DNA of 64,000 nt. Source: Squalus acanthias. Taxonomy: Eukaryota. The position numbers and the translations under genes were made by a program. Position 1 is the stretch's first letter, and every line of letters starts with the position of its first letter. The notes under the pieces were generated by a model. It made no database searches, had not been told where the DNA came from, and saw nothing but the letters and a program-made list of their open reading frames with translations. Location: positions 149,174,001-149,238,000 of the forward strand of contig CM059432.1 of NCBI GenBank assembly GCA_030390025.1, read 5' to 3'. Below, one piece after another: positions 11,835-25,470 of this stretch.

Positions 11835-14000
11835 ACACAACAGCTTGCATTGATATAGCGCCTTTAACATAGTAAAACGTCCCAAGGCGCCTCACCGGAG
11901 CGTTATCCAACAAAATTTGACACCAAGGCACATGAGATATTAGGACAGGTGACCAAAAGCTTGGCCAAAGAGGTAGGTTTTAAAGGAGGAGAAAGGTAGT
12001 AAGGCAGAGCTGGTTAGGGAGGGAATTTGAGAGCCTGGGGCCTAGGCAGCTGAAGGCAGGACCACCAATAGTGGAGCTTAGAAAATCGGGAATGCGCAAG
12101 AGGCCAGAATTGGAGGAACATAGATATTTCTGAGGGTTGTAGGGGTGGAGGATGCTAAAGAAATAGGGAAGGACGAAGCCATGGCGGGATTTGAAAACCA
12201 GGATGAGAATTTTAAAATCAAGGCATTGCCCGACCAGGAGCCAATGTAGGTCAGCGAGCACAGGTGTGATGGGTGAACGGGTCTTGGTGTGAGTTAGGAT
12301 ACGGGCAGCAGAGTTTTGGATGAGCACAACTTTACAGAGCGTGCAAGGTGGGAGGCTGGTCAGGAGAACATTGGAATAGTCTAAAGGTAACAAGGCATGG
12401 ATTTAGCAGCAGATGAGGTGAGGTGGGGCGGAGACTGGTGATGTTACATAGGTCGAAGTAGACTGGCTTGGTGATGGAGCGGGTATGTGGTCGGAAGCTC
12501 ATCTCGGGGTCAAATAGGCTGCCATGGTTGCGAATGGGCAGGTTCAGTCTCATGGTGGCCAGCGAGCGGGATGGACTCAGCAGCTAGGGAATAAAGTTTT
12601 TGGCGGGGACCGAAGGCAATGACTTTAATCTTCCCAATATTTAGTTGGAGGAAATTTCCACTCATCCAGGACTGGATGTCGGACAAGCAGTGTGACAAAT
12701 CGGAGTGAGTGGAGGGGTCGAGAGAGGTGATGGTGAGGTACAGCTGGGTGTCGTCAGTGTACATGTGGAACTTGACATGTTTTCAGATGATTTTGCCGAG
12801 GGGTAGCATGTAGACGAGAAATAGCAGGGGGCTGAGGACAGAGCCTTGTGAGACTCCAGAGGTAACGGTGCGGGAGCGGGAAGAGAAGCCACTGCAGGTG
12901 ATTCTCTGGCTACGACTGGATCGATAAGAATGGAACCAGGCGAGGGCAGACCCACCCAGCTGGACGACGGAAGCATTTGAGGAGGATGATGTGGTTAACG
13001 GTGTCAAAGGCTGCAGACAGGGCGAGAAGGATGAGTTTACCGCAGTCACATAGGATGTCATTTGTGACTTTGATGAGGGCCATTTCAGTGCTGTGGCAGA
13101 AACCCAATTGGAGGGGTTCAAACATGTAGTTGCGGGAAAGGTGGGCACGGATTTGGGAGGCGAGTAATAGTTTTAGTTGGGGATTAGGGCATCAAAGCTT
13201 GGAGGTGAGGGCATGATGGATGGAGCAGATCGGTAGCTGCAGAAATGTCGTGGTGCACGGAGGTCCAAAGGGTAGAGAGTTGGGAATTTGAAAGTGCTGT
13301 TGTAACTGACTTGGGGAGAGTTTTTTCCAGGGACGGACACAGAAGGAAGTGGGTTTGGAAGGGGTAAAATGACTGAGTGGCGAGGGATACAAGGAAGTGA
13401 TCAGAGATGGCCTTATTTATGATTGATACGATGGGAGTAGAGAGGCCACATGAGATAGCAAGGTCGATTGGGTGGCCGTGAATGTGGGTAGGGGAGTTTA
13501 TATGGAGGGAGAGATTAAGGGAGGTTAGGCGGGCAGTGAGCTCGGAGGAGAGAGGGCATGATGAGTTGAGATGGAGGTTGAAATTACAGAGGATGAGGAA
13601 TCGCTCGGTGCAGAGGCTGAAGAAGGAAATTAGTGAAGATATCATGGTGAGGAACTTGGCATGGTACTTGGGTGGGTGGTAGAGAATGAGGACTTTAAAG
13701 GAGAGGCAAGAAGAGTGGAACAATATGAATAGCTTAAAGGAGGAGAAAGTGCCAGAGGAGGAGGAGGGACAAGGTGTGATTTGGTGATAAGGGCCACACT
13801 ACCACCGCAGCGCTCTGAACGGGGCAAGTGATGGAAAGTATAGCCAGGTGGGGAAATGTGTCATCACCCGTCAGCCACGTTTCCGTCAAGGCCATGATGT
13901 CGATGCAATCTTCCACAATAAGCTTATGGATGGCAAGGCCCTTGTTCACAAGTGAACGGACATTCTGGAGAGAGATTCAGAGGCTGGCGGTGAGAGCTGA
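11835..14000 (-). mobile_element. Decayed L2-clade LINE (APE and RT fragments, 3' tail)
   Basis: ALTETWL, STEMALIKVTND, LSAAFDTV, GVSQGSVL.PLLF, YTDDTQLY, LDYSN..L; tail ggcgctatatcaatgcaag. Confidence 0.9.
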
Positions 14001-14870
14001 TTCTCTGCAAGAGTCCACAGGGTCAGATCTTCAGCCATTTTTGTAAAGTTAGCCCTCTTAAAATCTGGGACCTGCATTAGATTGGCTGCAGCCTTGGATT
14101 GGCCAAAGATTTAGCTTATCTCTGTTAAGATTTCCCATTGCTTTCTATCTTTGCGAAATGCAACTCGTGTCCCCTGGTCCTCTCCAATCGTAACATTGCT
14201 GATTGCAAGTGTGCACTGTGTCTGGAATCAAGTATTAGAAATGTGATTGACCTACGCATTTCAACTCCAGAGCAAGAGCTTTCTATAACACCTCCCCAGA
14301 TCCTGATCTCTCTACTTTCCTCCTCTGCAGATAGAGTTCATCCACATTTGGTAATAGTCTCCAGAGCATCACTCTGACTCCTCTGATACGTTTTTATCTG
14401 TAATGGTGGGAGGACTCGAGGGCTGCTTTCTCTGCATTATACTTAAGCTTGTGGATGGTCTAAGTGTTTAGTCCACCGGTAAAGAACCTGCCCTGCATTA
14501 TAATTTCAGAACATCAGGAACACCAGCACATTACAGAACCATTTCTACTTGAAGACTTGTGTAATAGGAGTATATTTGTCATATTTTTGCTTAAACTTGT
14601 GCACCTCATTAACAAGGTAAAATTGCTGCACAAGTCAAACGAAACTTCATGTATATCTTGGTCTTTTGGAACCGTGGAGTTTTTTTTAAATGAAGGACTT
14701 GCAACATTGTGCGATTCATGTCTCAGTGAAAGAACTGCAATTTTTGCAGTCGAGGCCTGTTGAGATGTGATGTGCTTTGCTGAAGCTGGAGAAGCATGGC
14801 ACTGTGTAGTGGGATGAGCTTCTTGTCATCAAGAATTGCTTCATAATTTATTTACTTTAACTGTTCATAG

Positions 14871-14939
14871 AATTCAGACGATGAAACAGTGAGCAACGTG
14901 TCCCAAGATAGTTTCAACCGGGGGCGTCGTGACAGCGTG
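14871..14939 (+). CDS. LRRFIP2: LRRFIP2 internal exon (NSDDETVSNVSQDSFNRGRRDSV)
   Basis: gttcatag|...GTG|gtgagc, 69 nt; resembles human TNDDTASIVSSDRASRGRRESV. Confidence 0.88.
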
Positions 14940-16309
14940 GTGAGCTCTTTCTGCATGTCCGAGTGTGTTCCGTGATTTGAGCCTTTGCTAATAATTAGAG
15001 ATGTTTGACTTTTTTCTAAACAACATGGATGGTATAGATTATTGCCGCAGACAAAGGAGTGGAGGATGAAGCTCTTGTAGTTCCTTTTAAGATTACATTT
15101 CCTTTCATTCCCATCAATAGCAATACATATAATACAGTGTAAATGAAAGGAAGAAACTGCAAATGCTGGAAATATGAAACAAGCAGGAAATGTTGTAAAT
15201 GCACAGTAGGTCAGCCAGCATCTGTGAAGAGAATGGACAGGTGAAGGTTTGTGTAACGCCTTTAGTTGGAACTGTAAACTGAAAAATATAAAAGCATTTA
15301 GTAGGGTTGGTGAAAAAGAGTCGAGGAAATAAACAATAGATAATTCAATCGCAGGGAGCAAGTTAATGGGTTGAATGACCTGTGACTTAACAGAAAAGCG
15401 ACAATTTTTAGATGACAAAAGATTATCTTAGTGGGGCCACAGAGAGAAATAAAACGAATGTGCAAATTGCTGGTCAATACGAGGCCCATGCTAACAAACA
15501 TGGGAGTAAATTGGGGCTGGAAAACTGCAGATCTACGTCTTACATAAAAACTAAAAATGCTGATTTAACGACTAATGGACAACTGCAAATTCTGGTTGTA
15601 AATTTGTGTCACTGGATGCTGCTAATACAGTTCATGACTCATTAAAAAGCCTATGTTTCTTCAGGATAAACATTTTTTTGGATGGCTTGCATCTGTTTTA
15701 ATGACTATTTCAGTACTCTGTAAACATATCTGGAGAATGGGTTGTGACCAAATGAAATTTTAAAAAGCATTTTTTTTTGATATTGCACATTAATATTTGC
15801 AATTTGGCTTCAAATCTGCTCTGCCATTTCAGTTATGCTTTCCAGTTCAATTTAAAATGCTGTTATGCACTTGTGGATTAGTTGACTCATTGAGCAGGCT
15901 TCTCGGTAGAATTACTGTTCTAATTACCTGGAACTGTACCTGGTGAGATGTGGGTCACGGACGATTGGTGAGGAGAACCGGATTAAATGCACAGAAATGC
16001 ACTCTGTTGGATGGGTCATGTAGCAACATTGATGGCTGCTTTAGATTAGTTTGTCCTTTTGTTGTTCAACCATCCAGGCTGAAGAAAGAGTTATGGTCGT
16101 AATCGGGAGAAAAATCCAATGATCGTGCAGCATTCCTGCCCCTTTGCTAAAAATCAGTTGGAAGAAGTTGCTGTTGGTGGGTTAACAGTTCAGTGTAATG
16201 GTGAGAGTGCAAAATCTATTCACTGAAACTGTGAAAGCACCCAACCATACAACTAGAACTTTTGCCATTAGGTTGTGTCTACAAAAGGCATCTTCAACAA
16301 TATAGAAAG

Positions 16310-16612
16310 TGCTTGCATTTATATAGCGCCTTTCATGACCTCGAAGCGCTTCACAGCCAATGAAGTATTTTGAAATGTAGTCATGGTTGTCATGTAGGAA
16401 ATGTAGCAGCTAATTTGAACACAGCAAGGTCCCACAAACAGCTATGAGGTAAGGATCAGATAATCTGTTTTAATGGTATTGGTTGAGGGATAATTGTTGA
16501 CCAGGATACGAGGAAAACTCCGCTGCTCTTCTCCGTATAGTGTCATGGCATCTTTTATATCCACCTGAGAGGGCAGATGGAGTCTCAGTTTAACATCTCA
16601 TCTGAAAGACGA
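16310..16612 (-). mobile_element. Deu-domain SINE, 5'-truncated
   Basis: Matches 6375-6670. Confidence 0.75.
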
Positions 16613-17387
16613 CGGCTTCGAAATTGGATCGCGTAGCTGCTGTTTTTCAGGCAAGAAACGGGCACTGAAGGGAACAGTATGCCCATATACTATGCTGGGT
16701 ATGTGCCGCACACCGTATTGGTTAGAGTGCCCTGCAGTCGTCCAAGATGCCCACCTGAAACAGAGATTAGGCAAATCGGAGGTCTAACACCTATTTCAGG
16801 CCCTTCAGCACCTGAGCGCACATGCACCACTGGGGTTAGTTCTCTCAGACGCAGAGCAACCAAGCCAGCTGTCTTTTTAAAGTTAAGCTGGAGGCTGCCA
16901 ACAAAAGGCTAAGTATGACTCTGAAGCATCTTGGGATGTATTTCTACTTTACAGGCACTATATAAATGCAGGTTCTTTATTATTATTATTAGTGTGCTGG
17001 TACCAATACGATAAATATGCCTGGTGTCAACATAGCAAAAGCAAAGGTCAGCTAAATAGGGAGAGATATATTGGTAGGAAAATAGCTGTGCACTTGTGCT
17101 TTTTTAACAAAAATTTACATTACCTGTTGTCACATGGCAATTAGTGTAAGTATCAGAATGCACTCTTGTAATACAGTAACAATGCTGCCTCTGGTTTAAA
17201 GCCTTACCATGAGTTGCTGTCTTTCAGGGTAAATAGACTTCACATTACTCTGGTATATCTCCAAACATCGCTCGCAAAACCTTACATTGCCTTGAGTCTG
17301 TAAAATATGGCCACCTTCCTGACTTTTATAATGCTCTGTGTCCTCTATTTGCTTTTATCAATTTTAACTTCTCCTTTTCCTCTGCAG

Positions 17388-17501
17388 TCCTCTGATTTTT
17401 CTGATCAGAGTGGATCGATAGCTGACTATTTTAGCCGTTCAAATCGCAGGGGAAGCGTGGTCTCGGACTTGGATGATATTACTGTCCCAGATCTCTTTAG
17501 T
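17388..17501 (+). CDS. LRRFIP2: LRRFIP2 internal exon (SSDFSDQSGSIADYFSRSNRRGSVVSDLDDITVPDLFS)
   Basis: Long pyrimidine tract, ctgcag|...AGT|gtgagt, 114 nt; ADYFSRSNRRGSVVS matches human LRRFIP2. Confidence 0.93.
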
Positions 17502-19220
17502 GTGAGTGAGCACATTCGCACTGTGTGGTTTGTAGTTAATTTTCTAGGAGTGGCCACCCCATATGCAATATTGTAATGTTTGTTGGTAACTTGTAACTTA
17601 GTGGTTTAATATCCATACACTTATTCACATTGTACTTTCTGTACTGAACTCTCTAAAGTACTGACCTTTTGGAAGAAAAGAAAATTGCAATGAGGCTATG
17701 ATTTTAAAACTGCTGGCTTGTGCATGTTAATTTAAACAGTTTTCAAGAATAAATGACATTTTAGTGACTTTTTTTGTTAAACAATATAGAAACCCTTTAG
17801 GAGAAAGCTGTGTGTGCATGCTTAAGAATTCTTCAAACACTGAGCATATGGACATTATAGTGTCTTATAATGTGGAGAACTTGTGACCTGTTGGCATGCT
17901 GACTTTCTAATCATTTTGCATCCTCCATGCTTATGAGTGTAGTTTGTCAAAGGTTGAAGCCAGGTTTGTCATTTCATTAACTCTCTAAACTAGGCTGTCA
18001 AATCACACTGCCCATCTCGGGTGGATTAAGATTGAGGGCAGGTGTAGGAAGAGTTCAGGCTGCTGCTTGTATCCACTGACAGTGATTTGATTTTACTGCA
18101 ATGGTTGCACCACTGTCTTGACACAATGAGACTCGTTGGATGTATATAGCAAACTGGGTGCATGCAGGCCTTCTCGTTTTGTATGTTTTCTGGTTCTCCT
18201 CCAGCGTTTGATCCTTTGAATCCTGGTAATGCTGTTTGGCATATAATCTGATTTTTCCCTCCACTATTATGTCAGTTTGCTGGCACCAATCTTTCCTCTG
18301 TTAGCAGTTACCTTCAGTCCGTTCTCCACACACTCCAATTCCACATAGGTTTGAAGTCTGTATATTAGTATTGAATTTACTTGGCTGTTGGTTTTGTGTA
18401 ACTTGATCTCTCTCCTAATTCAGAGTTTGCTCAGCTGTCATAAGATTTTATTTTATGTGTTAGAGGTTACAGAGTATTGGCAGCAGGTGGTTGTTTTCAA
18501 GATTTCTTGTTAGCAGTTACAATGCAGAGACAAAGCTCATAGTTTAGGGTTGCCTGAGTATGACCTGTTCATTAATTTAAAAAAATTATGTTAGTTATTG
18601 TGCTACTGCTGAAATATGATTTAATAAAACCTGATCATGGAACTTCAACTGCTGGCTTTTTTTTTGTTAATCTTAAAAACAGGAAATGTTGCAAATGCAC
18701 AGTCCATTGGCATCTGAAAAGAGAAAAGTCAGATTACTGTTTTAGGCAGAAGGCCTTGGTTCGAAGGCAGCAGAGCTGCTTTGAGGCTGGCCAAGACAGA
18801 GGGGAGTGGAGAACAGGTAAAGGCTAACTACAGTTATACAACAGAGCAGCTAATGGGTTTAGTAGAGGTGAATCGATTTACAACGGTGCAAAGGGGTGAA
18901 AAATGCCGCATGAAATACAGAAGTCATCACTCTTATGTTGTGAAAAGATAAAGCTAAAAGAGTAAAGCAGATGAAGAAAGTGGGTAATGTGGTAGAATGT
19001 GAACAGTAGAATTTGGCAGGATAAATAGGGAGGGGAGAGTGAGAGAGTAAGCTAAGTCTGAAATATTCTGAAGTTTGTGTTGCATTTGGTTGGAGCAGTG
19101 TTAGGGTCTAAACAGGTGGAGTGAAAAGGGCAGGGAAAGTTGAAGTGGTGAGCTGCAGGGAATCAGCTTTTTACATTCCAATTAAAAAAAAATTTTTAAA
19201 TCTGTTTACATGCTATTAAT

Positions 19221-21335
19221 CAGTAATGCCAACCCCACGTCTAAAAAAAAACATGAGACAAACTCTTTAAAAATCATGAGATTTGGTAAGAAATCATGAT
19301 GCTATTTTTTTGGTTTATAAACCTCATTAGTGGCTTTATTTAATCGCTAACAGGTCACAGTTCTTTACAAAAACTGTATTACTGCATCTGAAAATACTTC
19401 ACAAAAACTTATTAAAAATCCAACCCGTTATCACCACCCTTCACCTGGTGCCCAAAACAACCACCACACAATGCAGTCCCTGCAGCTGCCAACTCGAGAG
19501 AGGTTTTGGGGAAAAAAAAATCTAAAACACCTTCGCATGGAGACAGGAGTCGCGATCACCCCCAGTGAATATTGTGATTGATGTGAAAACTTGTATTTTC
19601 CCTTCAGCTGAAAGGTAGTTCATACAACGGATGTGGGTTATATTCTGTGTGTGATAATACCATATCACTGGGTAAAAGGAATCTCATACACATGATAACT
19701 TCACGTCTATTTCTCCTTCCCTTTTGACTACCATAAATATGTTTTACAGAAGTACTTCTGCACTTACAACCTGTTCTGTATCTAAAGCACTAAAAATATA
19801 TCTTTCACTTTTCTGTGTTTACAGCTAAGTTGCAACCTTGCAAATTAATGAATATTTGGCAGCAAGACAATCCATGGATTTAGTGCCTATATTTAGGGAG
19901 CTCAGGTCCGTTGGTATCAGGACCGGGATGTCCTCAATTCAAACCCTGGGAAGGTTCACTCAGCCTATCACTTCAAGGTGCAATAACATGAGTACGATGT
20001 CATAGAAACAGGACACTGTCAACAGTGCTCATCAGTCTACCACAGTATCTGCCCTTGGGAAGCAACAACAACTTGCATTTATATAGTGCCTTTAATGTCG
20101 TAAAACGTCATAAGGCGCTTAACAGGTGCGTTCTCAAACAAATTTGAGAGAAAGCCACATAGAGATATTAGGACAGGCCAAAGAGCTAGGTTTTAAGGAG
20201 CGTCTTAAAGGAGGAGAGAGAGGTAGAAAGGCAGAGCGGTTTAGGGAGTGAATTCCAGAGTTTTGGGCCTCGGCAACTGAAGGTATAGCCACCAATGGTG
20301 GAGCGATTAAAACCGGGATGCGCAAATCGGGACACTCCTGGCTGTTGAGAACCACTCCCCGGAGAGATTTGTGTTTAACTGGGAATGATTTCCATCCCAC
20401 TTTTTGTCCAGCATCACATCTGCAGCATGATTTAACTCTAACACTATAATAGGAAGTGCATTAAATCATCCTCTACAATTGTAATCTCTCTATTCGCACA
20501 GTTACTTTTTAAAGCTCACCCTGCTGTACTTCAGAATATATAACGAGGAAAACAGAAAGTCAAGTTTAGTCCACTCGTCACAATTGCATATGCTTCATAT
20601 AAAATGATATCATGCACAAAGGATTTCTGTACAATAAACTACAATGTATTTGCACGCATAACATCAACTGTTATTTTTCCCATGTGACTGTTACAATACT
20701 GCAACTCCAAGGAGAGAATTGACAGCCTGTATCCATAAAACAGAATAAAATCGCTCCCTCAAACTCAATGTACTTTTGATATAAATATGTATCCTGAAGT
20801 AATTTCATGGCATTAATGCAAATTTGGGGTTTTAAATTATACTTGCACTCTGCTTGTGTTCTGTTATATTGTCTGAACCCATCAGATTAGATTATTGCCT
20901 TAAAATTAATTCAGAAAATTGGCGGCTCTCTAAATAAAGGAAAGAAACATCCCTGTTTTAAGGAGATTTCAGTCAGTTGGTTTTGAAGGAGCAGAATGCC
21001 ATGTTTGGGGTCTTTATCACACCACATGCAAGTGATTTATGTTCCAGAGCTGAGAGAGAGTAGCTAACACCTTGGAGGAATGCCCCTTCAAATATTTTAG
21101 CAGGTTGTGATTGCAGAAATGAGGTCCTTGACTTACCTGCAGAATCCAGAAACGCCTAGATCTCAGGCGGGGGTGGGGGGATAATAGGCTGATTCGCGCA
21201 TGCACAAATCGTGTATTTTTTCGCATATGCACAAATCGGCATATTTTTCCAAAAAAAATCCCGAGATTTAGGCATTCCATCGCAAGTGAAGCTTTGATTC
21301 ACTGCGAAATGGAATTGCGAGAGTTGGCAATACTG
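19221..21335. mobile_element. Two ends of the hAT-like non-autonomous family also seen at 50866-53807; possibly one element
   Basis: 19221 CAGTAATGCCAACCCC arm is the reverse complement of 53513-53807; 21190-21335 matches 53260-53410; no TSD seen. Confidence 0.55.
20062..20335 (-). mobile_element. L2 LINE 3' fragment
   Basis: Matches 11835-12110. Confidence 0.8.
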
Positions 21336-23714
21336 CTGGCTCTGTCTAATAGGTAATTGAAGGGACAGTCTCCCACCATGAAGGTTATCCATGAAGTGCA
21401 AAACCATATTTTTAAACTTTATTTTTAAACTTTAAATCAAAAATTAAATGTAGGTCTATTGCCTCAGCTGGTCAGCACATCAATGGCATCTCCTATATAA
21501 CCAAAGGGTGGGAAGCAAGGGCTTGTGTTAACCCACTTGTGTTGTTCCACTGTCCATAGAGGTTCGCAAACTTAGTGATGCAACTAAACAGATACAACAG
21601 TTGTTGACTGCAGCAGACAACACTTGGGCCGTCCATAAGGCTTACAACAATAACAGTAACTTAGTTCTATAGTGCTGCTTGACATACAAGATGGAAAGAA
21701 GTGAATGCGGAGCAGGAGGATAAAACAGGAAGGGAGTTGGGTATGAAGTGGAGGGTGTTTAGAAAGCTTCTGAAACCAGGGAACCTGATGGGGAAAGCTG
21801 GTGGGAAGGCAGAGAGATATAGGGAGAGCGTTCCCAAGGGCAGAGGTATAATGACTGGAAGTCTGGCTGCTGATGGTGAAATGGAGGCAAGGAGTAAACC
21901 TGTCTGAGGTACGCAGTGTGAATGTGGGAACATATGCCTGGCGGGCTAGGGTGAGGTGAGACCTTAGAGGGCTCTGAAAGCAAGAACAAGGATCTTAAGT
22001 TAACTCACTAGCGTATGGGGAGCCAGTGGAGATTGGTGAGAATTTGGGGATGAGAGTACAGACATGGGCTCCTCTATTCTGAATGGCTTATAAGTTGTGG
22101 AGGTGGGGAGGCTGGCTAGGAGAGCATTTAAGAGCATGAACCTCTACGTGTGGACTAGAATTTTAATAGGGGTGAAGGAGAGGTAGGGACTATGGTGGGC
22201 TATAGTGTGAAGGTGGAACAAAAAATGTTTTGATAATGGAATGGTTGTTGAGGAAAATAACTCGGTCCTTTAGCATTCTGTACTTCAGTATCATTTGCAC
22301 TGAATCATGTTTTCGTTATATATAGATATGTGACTTTAGGAACTGAAAATTCCCCCTGCATTTCAGTGATGTTTAGTGGAGTTTTAGATGTGATACTGCA
22401 TTACTGGTAAGGTGGTGAGCTGTAAATAAGCAAAGGTGAAAGACAACTTGCATGACGACAAAACTATTTAAGTATTCCTCCTGTGCTTAGAGGAAGGAGG
22501 ATGCTCTGTAGAGATCTGGCTTGTGTGGAAGACTATGATCATTCACCCAGTTTTGTTTTGCATGAATCATTATATCTGGTTTGCTCATGAAATAAACAGT
22601 GTCTCACTGTTTCCCCATTGTGGATCGCCTGTTTAACGATGCATTTAAAAAAAAAATTAGTTTGTTTTTTGTTAAAATCCTGACTTTGATTCCCAATGAG
22701 GAAAAGCTGACGATAATGAATTATAATTTATATGTTCCAGTCTGGACATAATCATGCATGCAGCAGTTTGTGGGGCACTGTTACTACTGCAGTTGCTTCA
22801 TTCACTGGTTTAATCATGTCAACATCAACTGTAACTGTTCACACTGAACAAACGTTGTACAACAAGCCGTAGTTACAGCTCCTACATTGTTGGCTCTCCT
22901 CATGAGCATTCCAATGGTGATTGAAATTGGATGTTTGCTGGTTGTCACTGAAGCTTGAAGATGTGGTATGAAGTTGTTTTTCTTGCAGCTGGTAGTTACT
23001 CTTTTGATACATAAAGTAGCTAAATATTTAGCCCAGGTTTTGGAAAGTTGAAAAAGATAGGAATGAAGAGGACTATGGTCCCCAAGGCCTCTGCAGATAC
23101 AGAACATGGGTTTGCAGTTTATCTATGTGCCTTACTCTTCCTTTGAGAAATACAGACCCTATTGCTACCGAGTTGCATTTTCCAGTGCCAGTGAGTCCTG
23201 CAATCAATTGAAAGTTCATCTTTAATTTAATCTGAATGACAGCTCATCACAACTTTACTGACTTTTTGCACCCGACCCCTTTGTAACCAGTACAAAAACT
23301 ATTTGCAGGGAATCTAGTGCAGGCTGTTTCAGGATGTATTCACATCTTCATTGCGACGAGGCTGTATAGGTTCATCCAATACTCGCACAACCCAGGTATG
23401 GCAAACCAAGATGCCTGTACCTACTAAGCAAGAGTTGAAACATTTGGAATATGAAATAGGTGGCAAAATACTCAGGAACACTTGAGATGCACACAATGTC
23501 CTGTTCGTATACAGACTAACCAATGAGTGCAAACAAGACATAGGGTTCTCTGATCGCTCAAGAGTATGGCCCATGGTAATATTGTGCAGACAGCACATTT
23601 GTTGCAACAGCTGGCTGTGGTGTAACAGGAAAAGTTGCTCAAATAGCAGGTCAAGGAATTGCCCGGTGCAGATTTTCTGCCTGAATCTGAGGGTTCTATT
23701 AATACCCCCTTTAC

Positions 23715-24390
23715 AACAACTTGCATTTATATAGCAACTTTAACGTAGTAAAACGTCCCAAGGCGCTTCACAGGAGCGTTGTCAAACAAAATTTGACACC
23801 AAGCCACATAAAGGTATATTAGGACAGGTGACCAAAAGGTTAGTCTAAAAGGTAGGTTTTAAGAAATGTCTTAAAGGAGGAAAGCGAGGAGGAGAGGTTT
23901 AGGGAGGAAATTCCAGAGCTTAGAGCCTAGACATGAAGACATGGCCGACAACAGTGGAGCGATTAAAATCGGGAATGCGCAAGAGGCCAGAATTGGAAGA
24001 GTGCAGAGATCTCGGAGGGTTGTAGGGCTGGAGGAGGTTACAGTGATGGGGAGAGGCAAGGCCATGGAGGGATTTGAAAACGAGGATGAGAATTCTAAAA
24101 TTGAGGCATTGCTGGACTGGGAACCAATGTGGGTTAGTGAGCACAGGAGTGATGGGTGAACGGAACTTGGTGCGAGTTAAGATAAGAGTCGCCGAGTTTT
24201 GGATGAGCTCAAGTTTATGGCAGGAGCAAGATGGAAGGCTAGCCAGAAAAACATTGGAATAGTCGAGTCTAGAGGTGACTAAGGCAATGGATGAGTGTTT
24301 CAGCAGCAGATGAGCTGAGGTGCAGGGGTGGAGACGGGCGATGTTAGAGGTGGAAGTAGGTGCTTTTGGTGATGGAGAGGATATGAGGTT
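23715..24390 (-). mobile_element. L2 LINE 3' fragment
   Basis: LVTSRLDYSN, LIQNSA, PITPVL..HW; same tail as 11835. Confidence 0.88.
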
Positions 24391-24869
24391 GGAACCTCTG
24401 CTTTTAAAGGGACTAAAAGCTTGTTTTAGCAGGCCCAATCCAATTCAGCAGCTGTGAACTGTGCCAGCAGACTCTGAATGCCATTTACAGCCCATTGTGG
24501 TTTCCTTTTTCATTTCTGTACTTATTTCAATTATTAAATCATCTGCTTTGTGCTTCACTGGCTCCTTGCTTTCTCCCTGGATACCGCAGCAGTGTCGAAA
24601 TAGTTCGGTACTGCAGGGATCAAAGCTAATGTGGGAATTTAAATTTAGTGATGGGTGACCTACTTCAAGCGTATTGGTGTCATTTTGTCTTTAATATCCA
24701 AGTTGTAACTGTTCCAACATCATGTATTTTCCTGTCCCCCCCCCCCCCTTAGTTAACTGAATATGTGGTGCTTGTAAGATAAAATAGTCTATTATGTTAA
24801 AGTGCCACTTTCTTAGTTGGGCAAAATTGTGTAAGAAATTTGGTGAGTGTGCAAGAAAGGAAAAAATGA

Positions 24870-25470
24870 ATGATTGCTGATTGCTGGTGAAAGTGGGAAT
24901 GATGGCCAGTAACGACACACCGTGGATGAATGAAGAAATAAGGGCAACATTGAAACTTAAGAAAAAGGCAGACACTAAGTACATAGACAGCAAAGGAGAC
25001 AATGAGAAAGGGAAGACGAAAAGGTTAGGAAAGAAATTTAAAAAAAATTAGGAAAGCAAATAAAGTTAAATTATTGAGGAATATAAAAATACATAGTATT
25101 CCAATGACACACACACAAATAACAAAAGAAAAATAGGGATAGGACCACTAATGGATACACAGGATAAACAGGTAAAGATAGCGGAATGGCAAAAATATTA
25201 AACAATTACTCTGTCTCAGTATTTACCAGGGAGGCTGCCACGGTGGACATGACCTTAGAAGAAGAGATCAAAAAAAGATATAAAAACATTGAAGATAGAA
25301 AGGCGGGGGGTGGGGGGCGGTGATAATTGATAAATCCCCTGGTCCGGATGGATTGCATCCGTGCATATTAAAAGAAGTTGGGGAAGTGATAGCAGAGGCA
25401 CTCTTACATTATTTATATACATAACAATTCAGTAGAAAAGGGAATAGTGCCAGAGGACTGGCGGGCAGCT
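24870..25470 (+). mobile_element. CR1 LINE ORF2 internal fragment
   Basis: aaatcccctggtccggatggattgcatccg (KSPGPDGLHP), gtgccagaggactgg (VPEDW). Confidence 0.75.
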
